Below are positions 1 through 9,859 of a stretch of DNA of 64,000 bases, in pieces. Position 1 is the first letter of the stretch. Each line of letters opens with the position of its first letter. Source of the stretch: Pseudomonadota bacterium (GTDB taxonomy: Bacteria > Pseudomonadota > Alphaproteobacteria > Rhodobacterales > Rhodobacteraceae); NCBI GenBank assembly GCA_036337105.1, contig JAYZEV010000005.1, positions 3,084 to 67,083 of the forward strand, in the 5' to 3' direction. A program made the translations under genes and the position numbers. The notes below the pieces were generated by a model, which was given only the letters and a program-made list of their open reading frames with translations, was not told the DNA's origin and did not search any database.

Positions 1-756
1 CAGATCGAAAGTGAAACAAAAATCTTCATTGACTTACTTTCCGATATTTACAGAGATTTGGGTTTTGCATCGTTCGATGTTAAATTTTCTGATAGACCGA
101 CTCATAGAGCAGGTGAGGACTCTACATGGGATAAGTCAGAAAAGGCACTTTTGGAAGCTACTAAAGCCGCAGGCTGTGAATATACCTTAAACCCAGGAGA
201 GGGTGCGTTTTACGGACCAAAGTTGGAGTTCGTATTAACGGATGCTATTGGTAGGGAATGGCAGTGTGGGACTCTTCAGGTAGATTTCGTACTTCCCGAA
301 AGACTTGATGCTAATTATATTGATGAAGGGGGAGCAAAAAGAAGGCCTGTAATACTGCATCGAGCTATACTTGGGTCATTTGAAAGATTTATAGGAATTT
401 TGTTAGAGGAAAATTCGGGAAAGCTGCCCCTTTGGCTGGCTCCAACACAGGTGGTTGTGGCATCAGTAGTATCGGACGCAAATAATTATGTGAATAGCAT
501 TACTGATGCTCTTTCTTTAAATAGCATTCGAGCCCTTCCAGATACTAGAAATGAGAAAATTAGTTATAAGATCCGAGAACACTCCTTGAAAAAAATCCCA
601 ATTATAATTGTCGTTGGAGCTCGTGAGGTCGAAGCAGGCACAGTTGTGATTAGAAGACTAGGGAGCAAAGAAACACAAACATTGATTTTAGAAGAATTCT
701 TAAAAGCTATAAAAGCGGAGAGCCTTCGACCTGACTATAGAACTAATATAATCTAA
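1..756 (+). CDS. thrS: Threonine--tRNA ligase, C-terminal part (5' end outside the window)
   Basis: Frame 1 is open from base 1. The translation ([37 protein letters not shown]...[24 protein letters not shown]) matches the class II catalytic core and anticodon-binding domain of ThrRS. It is followed by infC, the usual synteny. Confidence 0.95.
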   Translation, partial: QIESETKIFIDLLSDIYRDLGFASFDVKFSDRPTHRAGEDSTWDKSEKALLEATKAAGCEYTLNPGEGAFYGPKLEFVLTDAIGREWQCGTLQVDFVLPERLDANYIDEGGAKRRPVILHRAILGSFERFIGILLEENSGKLPLWLAPTQVVVASVVSDANNYVNSITDALSLNSIRALPDTRNEKISYKIREHSLKKIPIIIVVGAREVEAGTVVIRRLGSKETQTLILEEFLKAIKAESLRPDYRTNII

Positions 757-892
757 AAAAAGGTCAACAGTCAGGGTCTTAAAACTGAGAAGATGACAGT
801 TTGTACATCCTCCGTCATTAAATTTCCTTCTTGCCAGCGAAAGTTAGAAATAGTAAAAGATAATCAATGTCATGAAGAAAGGAACGTAACCC

Positions 893-1438
893 ATAGCTCG
901 AAGACCTCACAACGCGCCTCAACAGACGCGAAGCGCAGGACCCCGTGTAAATGAACAGGTTATCTGCACAGAAATCCGACTAATTGGAGCCGAAGGCGAG
1001 AACGTCGGACTAATTAACCCAGAAGAAGCACTCGACATGGCCTTAGAAGTCGGATTAGATTTGGTAGAGATATCTCCAAATGCCGAACCGCCAGTGTGCA
1101 AAATAATGGACTTTGGTAAATATAAGTATGAGCAGCAAAAAAAAGAAGCCGAAGCAAGAAGAAAACAGAAGATTATTGAAGTAAAGGAAATAAAATTCCG
1201 ACCGAACACGGATAGGCATGACTATGATGTGAAGATGAGATCGGTTTCCAAATTTTTAGATAATGGCGACAAAGTGAAAATCACTATGAGATTTAGAGGT
1301 CGTGAAATGGCGCATCAGGAGTTAGGAAGGCAGCTTCTGGAACGAGTTGCAGACGACACCAGCGAAATTGGAAAGGTTGATAACATACCGAAATTGGAAG
1401 GTCGCCAGATAGTAATGTTAATTAACCCAGTAAAGTGA
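893..1438 (+). CDS. infC: Translation initiation factor IF-3, apparently initiated at ATA
   Basis: The ORF-track ATG (1037) lies inside the conserved N-domain. The frame is open back to the TAA at 887-889 and encodes [79 protein letters not shown], typical IF-3. There is no ATG/GTG/TTG in that stretch. ATA at 893 is preceded by GAAAGGAA. Confidence 0.9.
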   Translation: MARRPHNAPQQTRSAGPRVNEQVICTEIRLIGAEGENVGLINPEEALDMALEVGLDLVEISPNAEPPVCKIMDFGKYKYEQQKKEAEARRKQKIIEVKEIKFRPNTDRHDYDVKMRSVSKFLDNGDKVKITMRFRGREMAHQELGRQLLERVADDTSEIGKVDNIPKLEGRQIVMLINPVK

Positions 1439-1464
1439 AAAGCTACTGAGAAAAAATAACAGTC

Positions 1465-2328
1465 ATGCATATTAAGAAAATTCGTGACGCTATCGAAATA
1501 GTACCTTTGCTTTTTTTACTGGAATTGACGAAACCCTTCAGCTTTAAATATCGTCGTAGAATAGCCTCAGTGTGGTTTGCATTGCTCCTATTTTTTAGCA
1601 GAAAGTTACGAAAGAGAGTTGAAGATAATCTCTCTTTGGCAATGCCCAAACTTTTAGGTTCAAGAAAAAAATCTTTTATACGAAAATTTTCATATTTCAC
1701 TGCTAGTACATTTATCGAGCTTATTTTTAACGAGGAATTTCATACCTCAAGTGAGAGTTTTTTTTACTCAAGGTCAGAACTTGAACCGCTATTTTTGGCC
1801 AAGAAGAGCGGCAGGCCAATTCTAATAGTCTCTGCCCACATAGGTCCATGGGAAGCAGTTCGAGCAGTATTAAAAAACAATGGATTAACAGCTGGAGCGA
1901 TCTACAAAAAAAATAAGAATCAGTTTTATGAGAAAATTCACTTAAACGCGATCAAATCTGGAGGGGAACCTATTTTTCCAACTGGAACATCCGGCACAAA
2001 AAAGATGATCGATTATATAAAAAAAGGGGGAATTGTCGCCGTGATGCTCGATCAGGCAGATGAAAACGGTGAATTTTTCAATTTCTTAGGTGTTCCAGCA
2101 AAAACCTCTACTTCTGTTGCAAAAATCGCTATAAAGTATGACGCGTTGCTGGTGCCAGCGTATGCTCTTCGAGATGAAATGACAAGCTTGATAAGGGTCC
2201 ATTTTGAAAAGCCTTTAGTTAGTTCTAATTATCAAGAGCTTACTGAACTCGTTACAAAAAGTATAGAACGAAGAGTAAGCGCCCATCCAGCCCAATGGTA
2301 CTGGTTCCATAGACGTTGGAAATACTGA
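1465..2328 (+). CDS. Lipid A biosynthesis lauroyl/myristoyl acyltransferase family protein (LpxL/HtrB-like)
   Basis: The 287-aa protein has an N-terminal TM segment, an H(x4)-type acyltransferase region (VSAHIGPWE) and the family-typical C-terminus HPAQWYWFHRRWK. Confidence 0.8.
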   Translation: MHIKKIRDAIEIVPLLFLLELTKPFSFKYRRRIASVWFALLLFFSRKLRKRVEDNLSLAMPKLLGSRKKSFIRKFSYFTASTFIELIFNEEFHTSSESFFYSRSELEPLFLAKKSGRPILIVSAHIGPWEAVRAVLKNNGLTAGAIYKKNKNQFYEKIHLNAIKSGGEPIFPTGTSGTKKMIDYIKKGGIVAVMLDQADENGEFFNFLGVPAKTSTSVAKIAIKYDALLVPAYALRDEMTSLIRVHFEKPLVSSNYQELTELVTKSIERRVSAHPAQWYWFHRRWKY

Positions 2329-2398
2329 TTTTAGATTTGGTCGGCAGAGTGAGAGGCGAGGCTTTCTAACGCCGGCGCCTCCCAACATGCTTATCGTC

Positions 2399-2521
2399 TT
2401 AGCTACAGCCAGAAGCTTTAGAGCAGACCACCGCATCTGCAGGCACGGTCATTGCGGTCTCAGCACAACCTGACACTATAGCAGCAACGGATATTATCGA
2501 TATAGCAAAAAACTTTTTCAT
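2399..2521 (-). CDS. Small putative lipoprotein (40 aa), not in the ORF track
   Basis: The reverse strand reads GAGGA-N7-ATG, then MKKFFAISIISVAAIVSGCAETAMTVPADAVVCSKASGCS*. This has a signal peptide with lipobox V-S-G-C. A GC-rich inverted repeat (GAGGCG...CGCCTC, about 2353-2383) lies downstream. Confidence 0.5.
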   Translation of the reverse strand: MKKFFAISIISVAAIVSGCAETAMTVPADAVVCSKASGCS

Positions 2522-2908
2522 TTGACAATCCTCAAAATTTAATCATTAGCCTTCTTCTAACGAATTTGTAAAAATAGTCAATTATCGTATTGAATAATAG
2601 CTAATTCTTGCAAAAAAAAAGTTTTTATGCTGTAAAAAGGCATCAAAAGCTATACGTTGTCACGGTGACCGACATAGATCAAAAATTCATCAAGCTAATG
2701 AGAAATATCAAAAAAGAAACTGTGGTTTGCACTTTGCGTTTATAAATGTTATCGTCCTCCCCTTATAAAACTTAATGCTAAAATGACTATTTTTTTATGC
2801 AGTAAACCTTTGAGGCAGATTTTTCTAACGAGTGCTAACTATTTGGTAGTTCAAGACGTATTATATAGGTAACGGTTTTAACAGAAGATTAATAAATACG
2901 GTGAAAGC

Positions 2909-3331
2909 ATGTTAGAAAAAGAATTAAGCGAACTTTCAGATATTTCTTTGCTGGGTCTATATAAGGCAATAATACCCTCAACTTCAGTATTGGAGCACTT
3001 TGGTGTAAAACTTGATGGTCAAGGTGGTGGATCTCTTAACGAAATAAAAGAGAAATCTACTGGAAAAAACGAAATAAGTTTTGATGGGGACAAAGCAATT
3101 CTGAATTATAAAAGACACCTAATTGAGATGAAGATTCTATCTTTAAAAATCCTTGAGGAAATAAACCAGAGAGGACTGCAAACTTCAGAAGCGCACGACG
3201 TAATAGATAAAGAAATTGAGTATATCGAAGGTTGTACAGATTATATAGAATCGTCGGCCGGCCCTAGTCTGTCCTCGGTCCCCCAGGGAGCGGAAACACT
3301 ACCTTACCTAAATAGATCTTTAAAAAAGTAA
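2909..3331 (+). CDS. Hypothetical protein (140 aa)
   Basis: Single long ORF with ATG start after a ~390-bp AT-rich non-coding stretch. I recognise no family. It is predicted helical and acidic. Confidence 0.4.
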   Translation: MLEKELSELSDISLLGLYKAIIPSTSVLEHFGVKLDGQGGGSLNEIKEKSTGKNEISFDGDKAILNYKRHLIEMKILSLKILEEINQRGLQTSEAHDVIDKEIEYIEGCTDYIESSAGPSLSSVPQGAETLPYLNRSLKK

Positions 3332-3334
3332 CTT

Positions 3335-4996
3335 TCATCTGTCAGAAGATCTCCAATTTGGATTTATCCACGGCTCGTTGTTTTCCGCTGGGAGCTGTGG
3401 TCTACCCAATATATGATCTGAAGCTTTTTCGCCGACCATGATAGATGGACCGTTTATATTTCCATTCGTAATACGAGGAAAAATAGAGCTATCTGCCACC
3501 CTTAACCTATCGATTCCAATTACTCGACACTCAGGATCGACGACTGACATTTTATCATTTACATCCCCCATTTTACATGTTCCGCAGGGATGGTATGCAC
3601 TCTCAGCATTTTCCGCTATAAATTCATTCAATTGATCGACACTTTGACATTTTTCACCCGGCTTAATCTCTATTCCTCTATACACATCGAAAGGTTTTTG
3701 TGAAAAAATTTCCCTTGCAATAGAAATACATCGCCTGAACTCAAGCCAATCTGTCTCGTGGCTCATATAATTGAATCTTATCTCTGGATGCTCGCTACAG
3801 CTTTTTGAACGCAGTTTTACTGTTCCACGAGAATTAGATCTCATTGGGCCCACATGAACCTGGAACCCATGCCCGTCACTAGCAAAAGAACCATCATATC
3901 TAATTGCAAGTGGTAAAAAATGAAACTGAATATCTGGGTATTCTACTCCAGCAGCCGACCGGACAAATGCTGCGCTCTCAAAATGATTTGAGGCTCCTAA
4001 CCCCTTTTTCGATACAAGCCATTGAGCCCCTATTATGAGCTTCGATAACCAGTTCCAATGTCTATATAGAGTTATTGGCTTATTACAAGTTTGTTGAACA
4101 TATACCTCCAGATGGTCTTGCAAGTTGCGTCCAACGCCCGGCCTATCGGACACTACATCAATTTCATATTCTTTCAAGTGGTCAGCGGGGCCAATGCCAG
4201 AGTGCATCAGTAGTTTCGGTGAATTTATAGCGGAAGCCGCAATAATTACTTCTGAACGCGCTTTTATTTCTCTTCTTTCATCTCCAATCTTTACGGAGAC
4301 CCCCGTAGCTCGACGACTTTCAATTATTACTTTTTCTACAATCCCTCTCACAAGAGATAAATTTTCTCTTCTTAAGCCGGGTTTCAAATAAGCACTCGCT
4401 GCAGACCATCTCCTACCTCTGTAGATAGTTTGCTCCATAACACCAAAACCCTCTTGCTGATAGCCATTATAATCGCTCGTTAATTGAAAGCCAGCTTCAG
4501 CACCAGCCTGAATAAAAATGTCAAAAAGTTCATTATTACGGGAGCCCCTAGTTACATGCATTGGACCCGAATTCCCACGCCAAGCTGTATCCCCTCCTAA
4601 GCCGCACGCGTTCCATTTTTCCATTCTTTTAAAATATGGGAGTACGTCGGCATAACTCCAACCCACCGCACCATTTTCTGACCAAAAATCATAATCACGG
4701 GCGTGCCCCCTGACATAAACCATACCATTAATAGAGGAGGAACCTCCGATAACCTTTCCACGCGGCACGACTAACCGACGACCATTTAGGTGGGGTTCGG
4801 GCTCTGACAGATACCCCCAATCATATTTTTGAGAGTTCATAGGATAAGAAAGAGCAGCAGGCATCTGGATAATTGGGCTGCCATCATGCCCTCCAGCTTC
4901 TACAACTATCACGGAATATTTTCCACTCTCACTAATCCTATATGCAATAGCAGCACCGGCCGAACCACTTCCAACAATAACATAATCTGCTTCCAA
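3335..4996 (-). CDS. GMC family FAD-dependent oxidoreductase (choline dehydrogenase-like)
   Basis: N-terminal ADP-binding fold ([20 protein letters not shown]), GMC signature region ([14 protein letters not shown]) and C-terminal active-site region ([14 protein letters not shown]). Confidence 0.85.
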   Translation of the reverse strand: MEADYVIVGSGSAGAAIAYRISESGKYSVIVVEAGGHDGSPIIQMPAALSYPMNSQKYDWGYLSEPEPHLNGRRLVVPRGKVIGGSSSINGMVYVRGHARDYDFWSENGAVGWSYADVLPYFKRMEKWNACGLGGDTAWRGNSGPMHVTRGSRNNELFDIFIQAGAEAGFQLTSDYNGYQQEGFGVMEQTIYRGRRWSAASAYLKPGLRRENLSLVRGIVEKVIIESRRATGVSVKIGDERREIKARSEVIIAASAINSPKLLMHSGIGPADHLKEYEIDVVSDRPGVGRNLQDHLEVYVQQTCNKPITLYRHWNWLSKLIIGAQWLVSKKGLGASNHFESAAFVRSAAGVEYPDIQFHFLPLAIRYDGSFASDGHGFQVHVGPMRSNSRGTVKLRSKSCSEHPEIRFNYMSHETDWLEFRRCISIAREIFSQKPFDVYRGIEIKPGEKCQSVDQLNEFIAENAESAYHPCGTCKMGDVNDKMSVVDPECRVIGIDRLRVADSSIFPRITNGNINGPSIMVGEKASDHILGRPQLPAENNEPWINPNWRSSDR

Positions 4997-5036
4997 AATA
5001 ATATCCTAAGTTCTAGAACGGGATTTTGACATCAAC

Positions 5037-6212
5037 TCATTTTTTTTTACCAAATATTGATGGCACTGCGGATCTCCATTGTCCAGCCGCTAAAGAGGAC
5101 CTCTTGGCGGCATGTATAGCAGCAACAGACCTTAAGCCATCCTCTACATCCGGATATGGAGGTTTATCAAAATTAAAACCACCAGATTTTCTGAGGTCTA
5201 TGGCATCAGCTATATCAAGATAAATGTTAGCAAAAGCCAGAGGCATACCTTCTGAATGACCAATCGTAACCCTGCTTGCTTTTTGAGCGAGTTCCGATAA
5301 AGTACAGTCACCCCTCTCAATAATTTCAACTCGACCACCCAAGGGCATATGATATAATTGGTTGGGATTCTCCTGAGCCCATGAAAACCCTCCCCGTTCT
5401 CCAAAAACTTGAATTGTTAAACCATGCTGTCTACCAATAGCTATCGCAGACGACCAAAGGCGGCCTATTGCACCACCACTCATACGAAAATTAACCATCG
5501 CATCATCTTCTAGCTTCCTTGATGGCACTGTTGAGACAAAATCAGCAGAAACCTCTGTTACTTCTTGCCCGGTTACGAAACAAGCCAAGTGTAGAGCATG
5601 AATTCCGCAGTCAGCCATAACTGCTGAGTCTCCTGCTTGCTTGGGGTCATATCGCCATCTAACCCGCGGATTCGACTCGTCTCTAGCGTCTGCATGGTGA
5701 CCATGAGCAAACTCCACTTTCACTAGCCTAACATTCCCGATCACACCTTCACTAACCATGCTCTTCATTTCTCGTACCAAAGAAAAACCAGAATACCCGT
5801 AGTTAACAGCACAAATTCTATTGGCGTTTTTTGCAGCCAAATATAAGTTTTCTCCTTGCTCGACTGTCATTGTCATCGGTTTCTCACACAAAACATTAAA
5901 CCCAGCCTCCAAGAAAGCTTTAGAAATCTCAAAATGTGTGACGTTAGGTGTAGCTACTGTAACAAGATCAAGGCGCTTTTGTTTTTTACTTTCTTTTTCT
6001 AACATCTCCTGCCAACTGCCATAAGCTCTATCGGGCTCCAGACCTAACTCTATACCAAAGTTTCTTGCTGCATCAGGATCAATATCGACAGCCCCCGCCA
6101 AAAACTCATACCTTCCATCTATTGTAGCTCCGATGCGGTGTGCTTGACCAATTTGACTTTCTTTGCCACCCCCAATAAGACCCCAGTGATTCTTCTTCAT
6201 TTCTCTTCTCAT
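5037..6212 (-). CDS. Gfo/Idh/MocA family NAD(P)-dependent oxidoreductase (inositol dehydrogenase-like)
   Basis: Rossmann N-terminus (WGLIGGGKESQIGQAHR) and the EKP motif (VLCEKPMTMT) typical of the family. An alternative ATG lies at 6200. Confidence 0.85.
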   Translation of the reverse strand: MRREMKKNHWGLIGGGKESQIGQAHRIGATIDGRYEFLAGAVDIDPDAARNFGIELGLEPDRAYGSWQEMLEKESKKQKRLDLVTVATPNVTHFEISKAFLEAGFNVLCEKPMTMTVEQGENLYLAAKNANRICAVNYGYSGFSLVREMKSMVSEGVIGNVRLVKVEFAHGHHADARDESNPRVRWRYDPKQAGDSAVMADCGIHALHLACFVTGQEVTEVSADFVSTVPSRKLEDDAMVNFRMSGGAIGRLWSSAIAIGRQHGLTIQVFGERGGFSWAQENPNQLYHMPLGGRVEIIERGDCTLSELAQKASRVTIGHSEGMPLAFANIYLDIADAIDLRKSGGFNFDKPPYPDVEDGLRSVAAIHAAKRSSLAAGQWRSAVPSIFGKKK

Positions 6213-6331
6213 TTCTTAAATAATATCTTCCAACTGAAGCGAAAAATTACTAATCTTACTTTTAATTCTTTGTCTATGACAAATACTCATTTTCGTGATA
6301 AGCGTGCATCAAGTATCTTAAACATAACCTA

Positions 6332-7321
6332 GTGGACTTGGGAGAAATGCAAAAGGCTTTTTTAGTTATTGGGAGAGCTGGTATGGATTTATATGCTGAT
6401 CCAGCAGGGGCACGCATTGAGGAAGCAAATACGTTTTCAGCTCAGTTGGGCGGCTCAGCAGGTAACATTGCAGTTGGACTTGCAAAACAAGGCTGCAAGG
6501 TATCCCTTTTGGCTGCAATATCAGACGACTCCATTGGAAGATTTACAAAAAATATCCTTGAAAAACATAATGTTGACACAACCTTTTTGCAAACCATTCC
6601 AAACAGGAGGAATACTTTAGCCGTGGTGGATACAAACGGTAATGAAACTCAAGCAGTAATTTATAGAGATTTAGCTGCAGATTTGTTCCTATCAGAATAT
6701 GCAACCACAAGCATTGATTTTAAAACTTTTTCTACAATTATAACGACAGGAACAGCCTTAACTCATAACCCTTCTCGTAAATCAGTTCTTTGTTTGATGC
6801 AGAAAGCCTGTGAGAATAAGAAGAGAGTTATACTAGATATAGATTACAGGGCAGGAACCTGGAATTCGCCCGAAGAGGCTTATCGAGTTCTTTCACTGGC
6901 TGGAAGCTACTCTGATATTCTGGTAGGTAATGAAGAGGAATTTGACTTTTGGGAGGGAGGAAGTAAAGGCAGCGGTATTAAGTTCGTAAAAAAATTGCAG
7001 AAATCGAAACAAAAAAAAAAGGTAATATACAAAATGGGTGCGCGCGGTTGTATTTTATTTTCAAACGGAAGCGAAACCCGGTTTGATTCCTTTAAGGTAA
7101 ACGCGCTGAAACCTACGGGCGCTGGAGATGCATTCTTAGCCGGCTTTTGTGCACATTATACAAATGAGACAACAGAAAACGAAGCAGTTTTAAGAGGTGC
7201 CGCCACTGCAGCAATAGTTGTGTCAAACGTAGGATGTTCAGAACCAATGCCTAACAAAGAAGAGCTCGCTAAATTTATGAAGTCAAATAAATCAGCTTTT
7301 AGGAGGAGTAAATGCACATAG
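6332..7321 (+). CDS. iolC: PfkB-family sugar kinase, 5-dehydro-2-deoxygluconokinase-like
   Basis: PfkB motifs (GGSAGNIAVGLAKQG near the N-terminus, TGAGDAFLAGF near the C-terminus). It overlaps the iolB start by 10 nt. The start may be GTG 6332 or ATG 6347. Confidence 0.8.
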   Translation: MDLGEMQKAFLVIGRAGMDLYADPAGARIEEANTFSAQLGGSAGNIAVGLAKQGCKVSLLAAISDDSIGRFTKNILEKHNVDTTFLQTIPNRRNTLAVVDTNGNETQAVIYRDLAADLFLSEYATTSIDFKTFSTIITTGTALTHNPSRKSVLCLMQKACENKKRVILDIDYRAGTWNSPEEAYRVLSLAGSYSDILVGNEEEFDFWEGGSKGSGIKFVKKLQKSKQKKKVIYKMGARGCILFSNGSETRFDSFKVNALKPTGAGDAFLAGFCAHYTNETTENEAVLRGAATAAIVVSNVGCSEPMPNKEELAKFMKSNKSAFRRSKCT

Positions 7322-8154
7322 CTTCCTATGAAAATAATAATAAGCCAATAGTTCCAAAAAATAGTTCTTTTGTGCCACTAAATTATTTCAATATCGTAAA
7401 ATTAAAGTCTGGTGAAAGGTTTGTTGATCGCGTATCTGGATATGAAACTTGTGTAGTGCCAGCGACTGGATCGATAGATGTAAGCGTTAACTCATACACT
7501 TTCAAGAATATTGGTGGGAGAGTTAAAGACGTGTGGGACGGCGAGCCAGAGGCCGTATACGTACCCTCAGGTGAGGAATTCGAAATTCATTGTTGTTCAA
7601 ACAAAACAGAGGTTTTTGTAGCCGGGGCAAAATTTGATGAAGTTTTTTCGCCATTTGAAGTGAGGTCTGAAGAACTCGATGTTATCCAATACGGCTCAGA
7701 CGATACAAAAACACATCGGAAGATAAAGCATATACTTGGTCAGAAACAATCTGGGAGAGTCGGTCGATTATTAGTTTCAGAGCTTTTTACAGTCGGTGCG
7801 GGAGGCTGGTCTGGATTCCCAAGCCACAAACACGATACCGATCGACTTCCGATAGAGACTCGTCATGATGAAACTTACAATTTTCGTTTTCGTCCAGAAC
7901 ATGGCTCAGGTGTGCAACTTCTACAGCGCGATGATAAAGAAATAGGAGAGGCATTTCATATCACCAATGGCTCCACAATTTGTATAGCCAACGGCTATCA
8001 TCCTTGCTGCTCATTACCAGGATACGAAATGTATTATTTTACTATACTTGGAGGACAGTCTCAACGTCCACTTGTACAGTTCTTTCAACCTAGTCACGAG
8101 TATCAAGTAGAAATCATTCCAGGTATTAAAGACATGGTTGCTAAATTTAAATGA
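7312..8154 (+). CDS. iolB: 5-deoxy-glucuronate isomerase
   Basis: Cupin-type protein with IolB-typical segments (GWSGFPSHKHDTDRLPIETRHDETYNFRF...ANGYHPCCSLPGYEMYYFTILGG). Confidence 0.85.
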   Translation: MHIASYENNNKPIVPKNSSFVPLNYFNIVKLKSGERFVDRVSGYETCVVPATGSIDVSVNSYTFKNIGGRVKDVWDGEPEAVYVPSGEEFEIHCCSNKTEVFVAGAKFDEVFSPFEVRSEELDVIQYGSDDTKTHRKIKHILGQKQSGRVGRLLVSELFTVGAGGWSGFPSHKHDTDRLPIETRHDETYNFRFRPEHGSGVQLLQRDDKEIGEAFHITNGSTICIANGYHPCCSLPGYEMYYFTILGGQSQRPLVQFFQPSHEYQVEIIPGIKDMVAKFK

Positions 8155-8975
8155 CTATAACGAATTTACGAAAAGCTCTCACCCAAGCAGATAGAAAAGG
8201 ATCTGCATTAGTCGGCTTCGTCGTTCAAGGCTGGGAAGACGCAAGGGCATTTGCTAGAGCGGGTAGTGAATTAAAGAAACCAGTAGTACTTCAGGCTGGT
8301 CCCGGATGTCGTAAAAACACCCCTCTTCCCGTTCTTGCCAAAATGTTCAGAATTTTGGGAGATAGCAGTGACTATGATGTGATCCCGCATTTAGATCACG
8401 CCCTCGATATAGAAACTTGTCACGCAGCATTGGACGAGGGTTTCACCTCTGTTATGTTTGATGGCTCTCAATTAAATCTATCAGAGAACATCAAGCAAAC
8501 CTACGCCGTTTGTAAATTGGCGGAGCGTTACGACGCATCAGTCGAGGCTGAGATTGGGTTTGTTGGTTATACAACAAATATCAAAAATATACCTACAATA
8601 CCTGAGGAGGCAAAAAAATTAGTGTCTGAAACGGAGATTTCAGCCTTGGCAGTTTCAGTGGGCAACACGCACCTTCAATTAGAAAAAAATGCAATTATCG
8701 ATTATGGTGTGTTAATGAAAATTAATGAAATGACACCCATACCTCTCGTAATCCACGGCGCATCTAGTATCTCGAAAGAGGACAAAGCGAAGATGAAAAA
8801 ATTCTTTGGCGTCAAAAAATTTAATGTCGGTACAGAGATAAGGCAAAAGTTTGGAAAATCTTTAAGAAAAACCCTAAAAGAAAATAAAAATGAATTTGAC
8901 CGGATTAAAATCTTTGACTTGGTCGAAAAAGATCTCCTTCGAGAGGCAAAAATCTTATTAGAAGAAATTTCCTAG
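8151..8975 (+). CDS. Class II fructose-bisphosphate aldolase family protein (IolJ-like 6-phospho-5-dehydro-2-deoxygluconate aldolase)
   Basis: Class II aldolase metal-ligand regions (HLDHALDIE, VMFDGS, LVIHGASS). The ATGA overlap with iolB suggests translational coupling. Confidence 0.75.
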   Translation: MTITNLRKALTQADRKGSALVGFVVQGWEDARAFARAGSELKKPVVLQAGPGCRKNTPLPVLAKMFRILGDSSDYDVIPHLDHALDIETCHAALDEGFTSVMFDGSQLNLSENIKQTYAVCKLAERYDASVEAEIGFVGYTTNIKNIPTIPEEAKKLVSETEISALAVSVGNTHLQLEKNAIIDYGVLMKINEMTPIPLVIHGASSISKEDKAKMKKFFGVKKFNVGTEIRQKFGKSLRKTLKENKNEFDRIKIFDLVEKDLLREAKILLEEIS

Positions 8976-9067
8976 AACTTTGGTGCAACGTGGGGATGGT
9001 AGTAGAGCCTGTCAGAATTCAAATAAAATTACCTGCAACATATGTATACTGACACCGCAAAACGTAA

Positions 9068-9856
9068 TTAACCTGCAAGTTCCTTTGTAAGATCTCCGAG
9101 CTCAGCGCCTCCAGCCATTAAACGTCTAACATCATCCCCGCCAAGATCTTTAGCAAGGCCACTACCGATCACTTCACCAAGCGATAAAAAAGTATATCTA
9201 TCAGCAATCAATCTTGCGTGTATTTCATTGTGCGTAATTAATATTATTGCAATATTTCCCAACTGTTGAACACGCTTTATTGTCTTTAAGACCTCCATCT
9301 GCTGACGTTGTCCCAAGGCAGATGTTGGCTCATCCAGTATCAGTACTTTGGCTCCAAAATAGATTGCCCTCGCGATCGCTAATGTTTGTCTTTGCCCCCC
9401 TGACATAGTCCCTACAGGTTGCTCAGGATCTGCTATGTTGATACCGATTTTAGCCATTTCCTCGATCGCGATATCATGCATCTCTTGCATTCTTAATATA
9501 CCAAAGGGACCTCTGCCTCTTGTCACTTCACGACCCAGAAAAAAATTTCGTGTGACCGATGTCAAAGCATTTAGGGCGAGATCTTGGTAAACTGTACCAA
9601 TACCCGCAGAAGATGCATCCCGTGGTGACTTGAAACGAACCTCCTCGCCTTCAACGAGGATTCTGCCCGATGTTGGAGGATGCACGCCGGACAACGTTTT
9701 TATTAGCGTAGATTTCCCTGCACCATTATCACCTAAAAGTGCATGAACCTCACCGGGAAATACCTGTAACGATACTCCATCCAGCGCCGTGAAACTGCCA
9801 AATTTTTTTACCAGTTTATCTATCTCAATTAATGGGGACTTATCTGAGTTTATCAT
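9068..9856 (-). CDS. Sugar ABC transporter ATP-binding protein
   Basis: Walker A (GDNGAGKST), signature (MSGGQRQ), Walker B (LILDEPT). It is the last gene of the binding-protein/permease/ATPase operon. Confidence 0.9.
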   Translation of the reverse strand: MINSDKSPLIEIDKLVKKFGSFTALDGVSLQVFPGEVHALLGDNGAGKSTLIKTLSGVHPPTSGRILVEGEEVRFKSPRDASSAGIGTVYQDLALNALTSVTRNFFLGREVTRGRGPFGILRMQEMHDIAIEEMAKIGINIADPEQPVGTMSGGQRQTLAIARAIYFGAKVLILDEPTSALGQRQQMEVLKTIKRVQQLGNIAIILITHNEIHARLIADRYTFLSLGEVIGSGLAKDLGGDDVRRLMAGGAELGDLTKELAG

Positions 9857-9859
9857 ATT

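Noticed and set aside
919-1209. 96-aa ORF antisense to infC
   Set aside because: It lies opposite a strongly conserved IF-3 coding sequence. Its translation is low-complexity (S/F/C-rich) and there is no RBS.
1439-1464. Absence of rpmI-rplT after infC (the usual thrS-infC-rpmI-rplT cluster)
   Set aside because: This is a synteny break only. The acyltransferase gene follows directly with no scar, repeat or pseudogene remnant, so there is nothing to follow up within this window.
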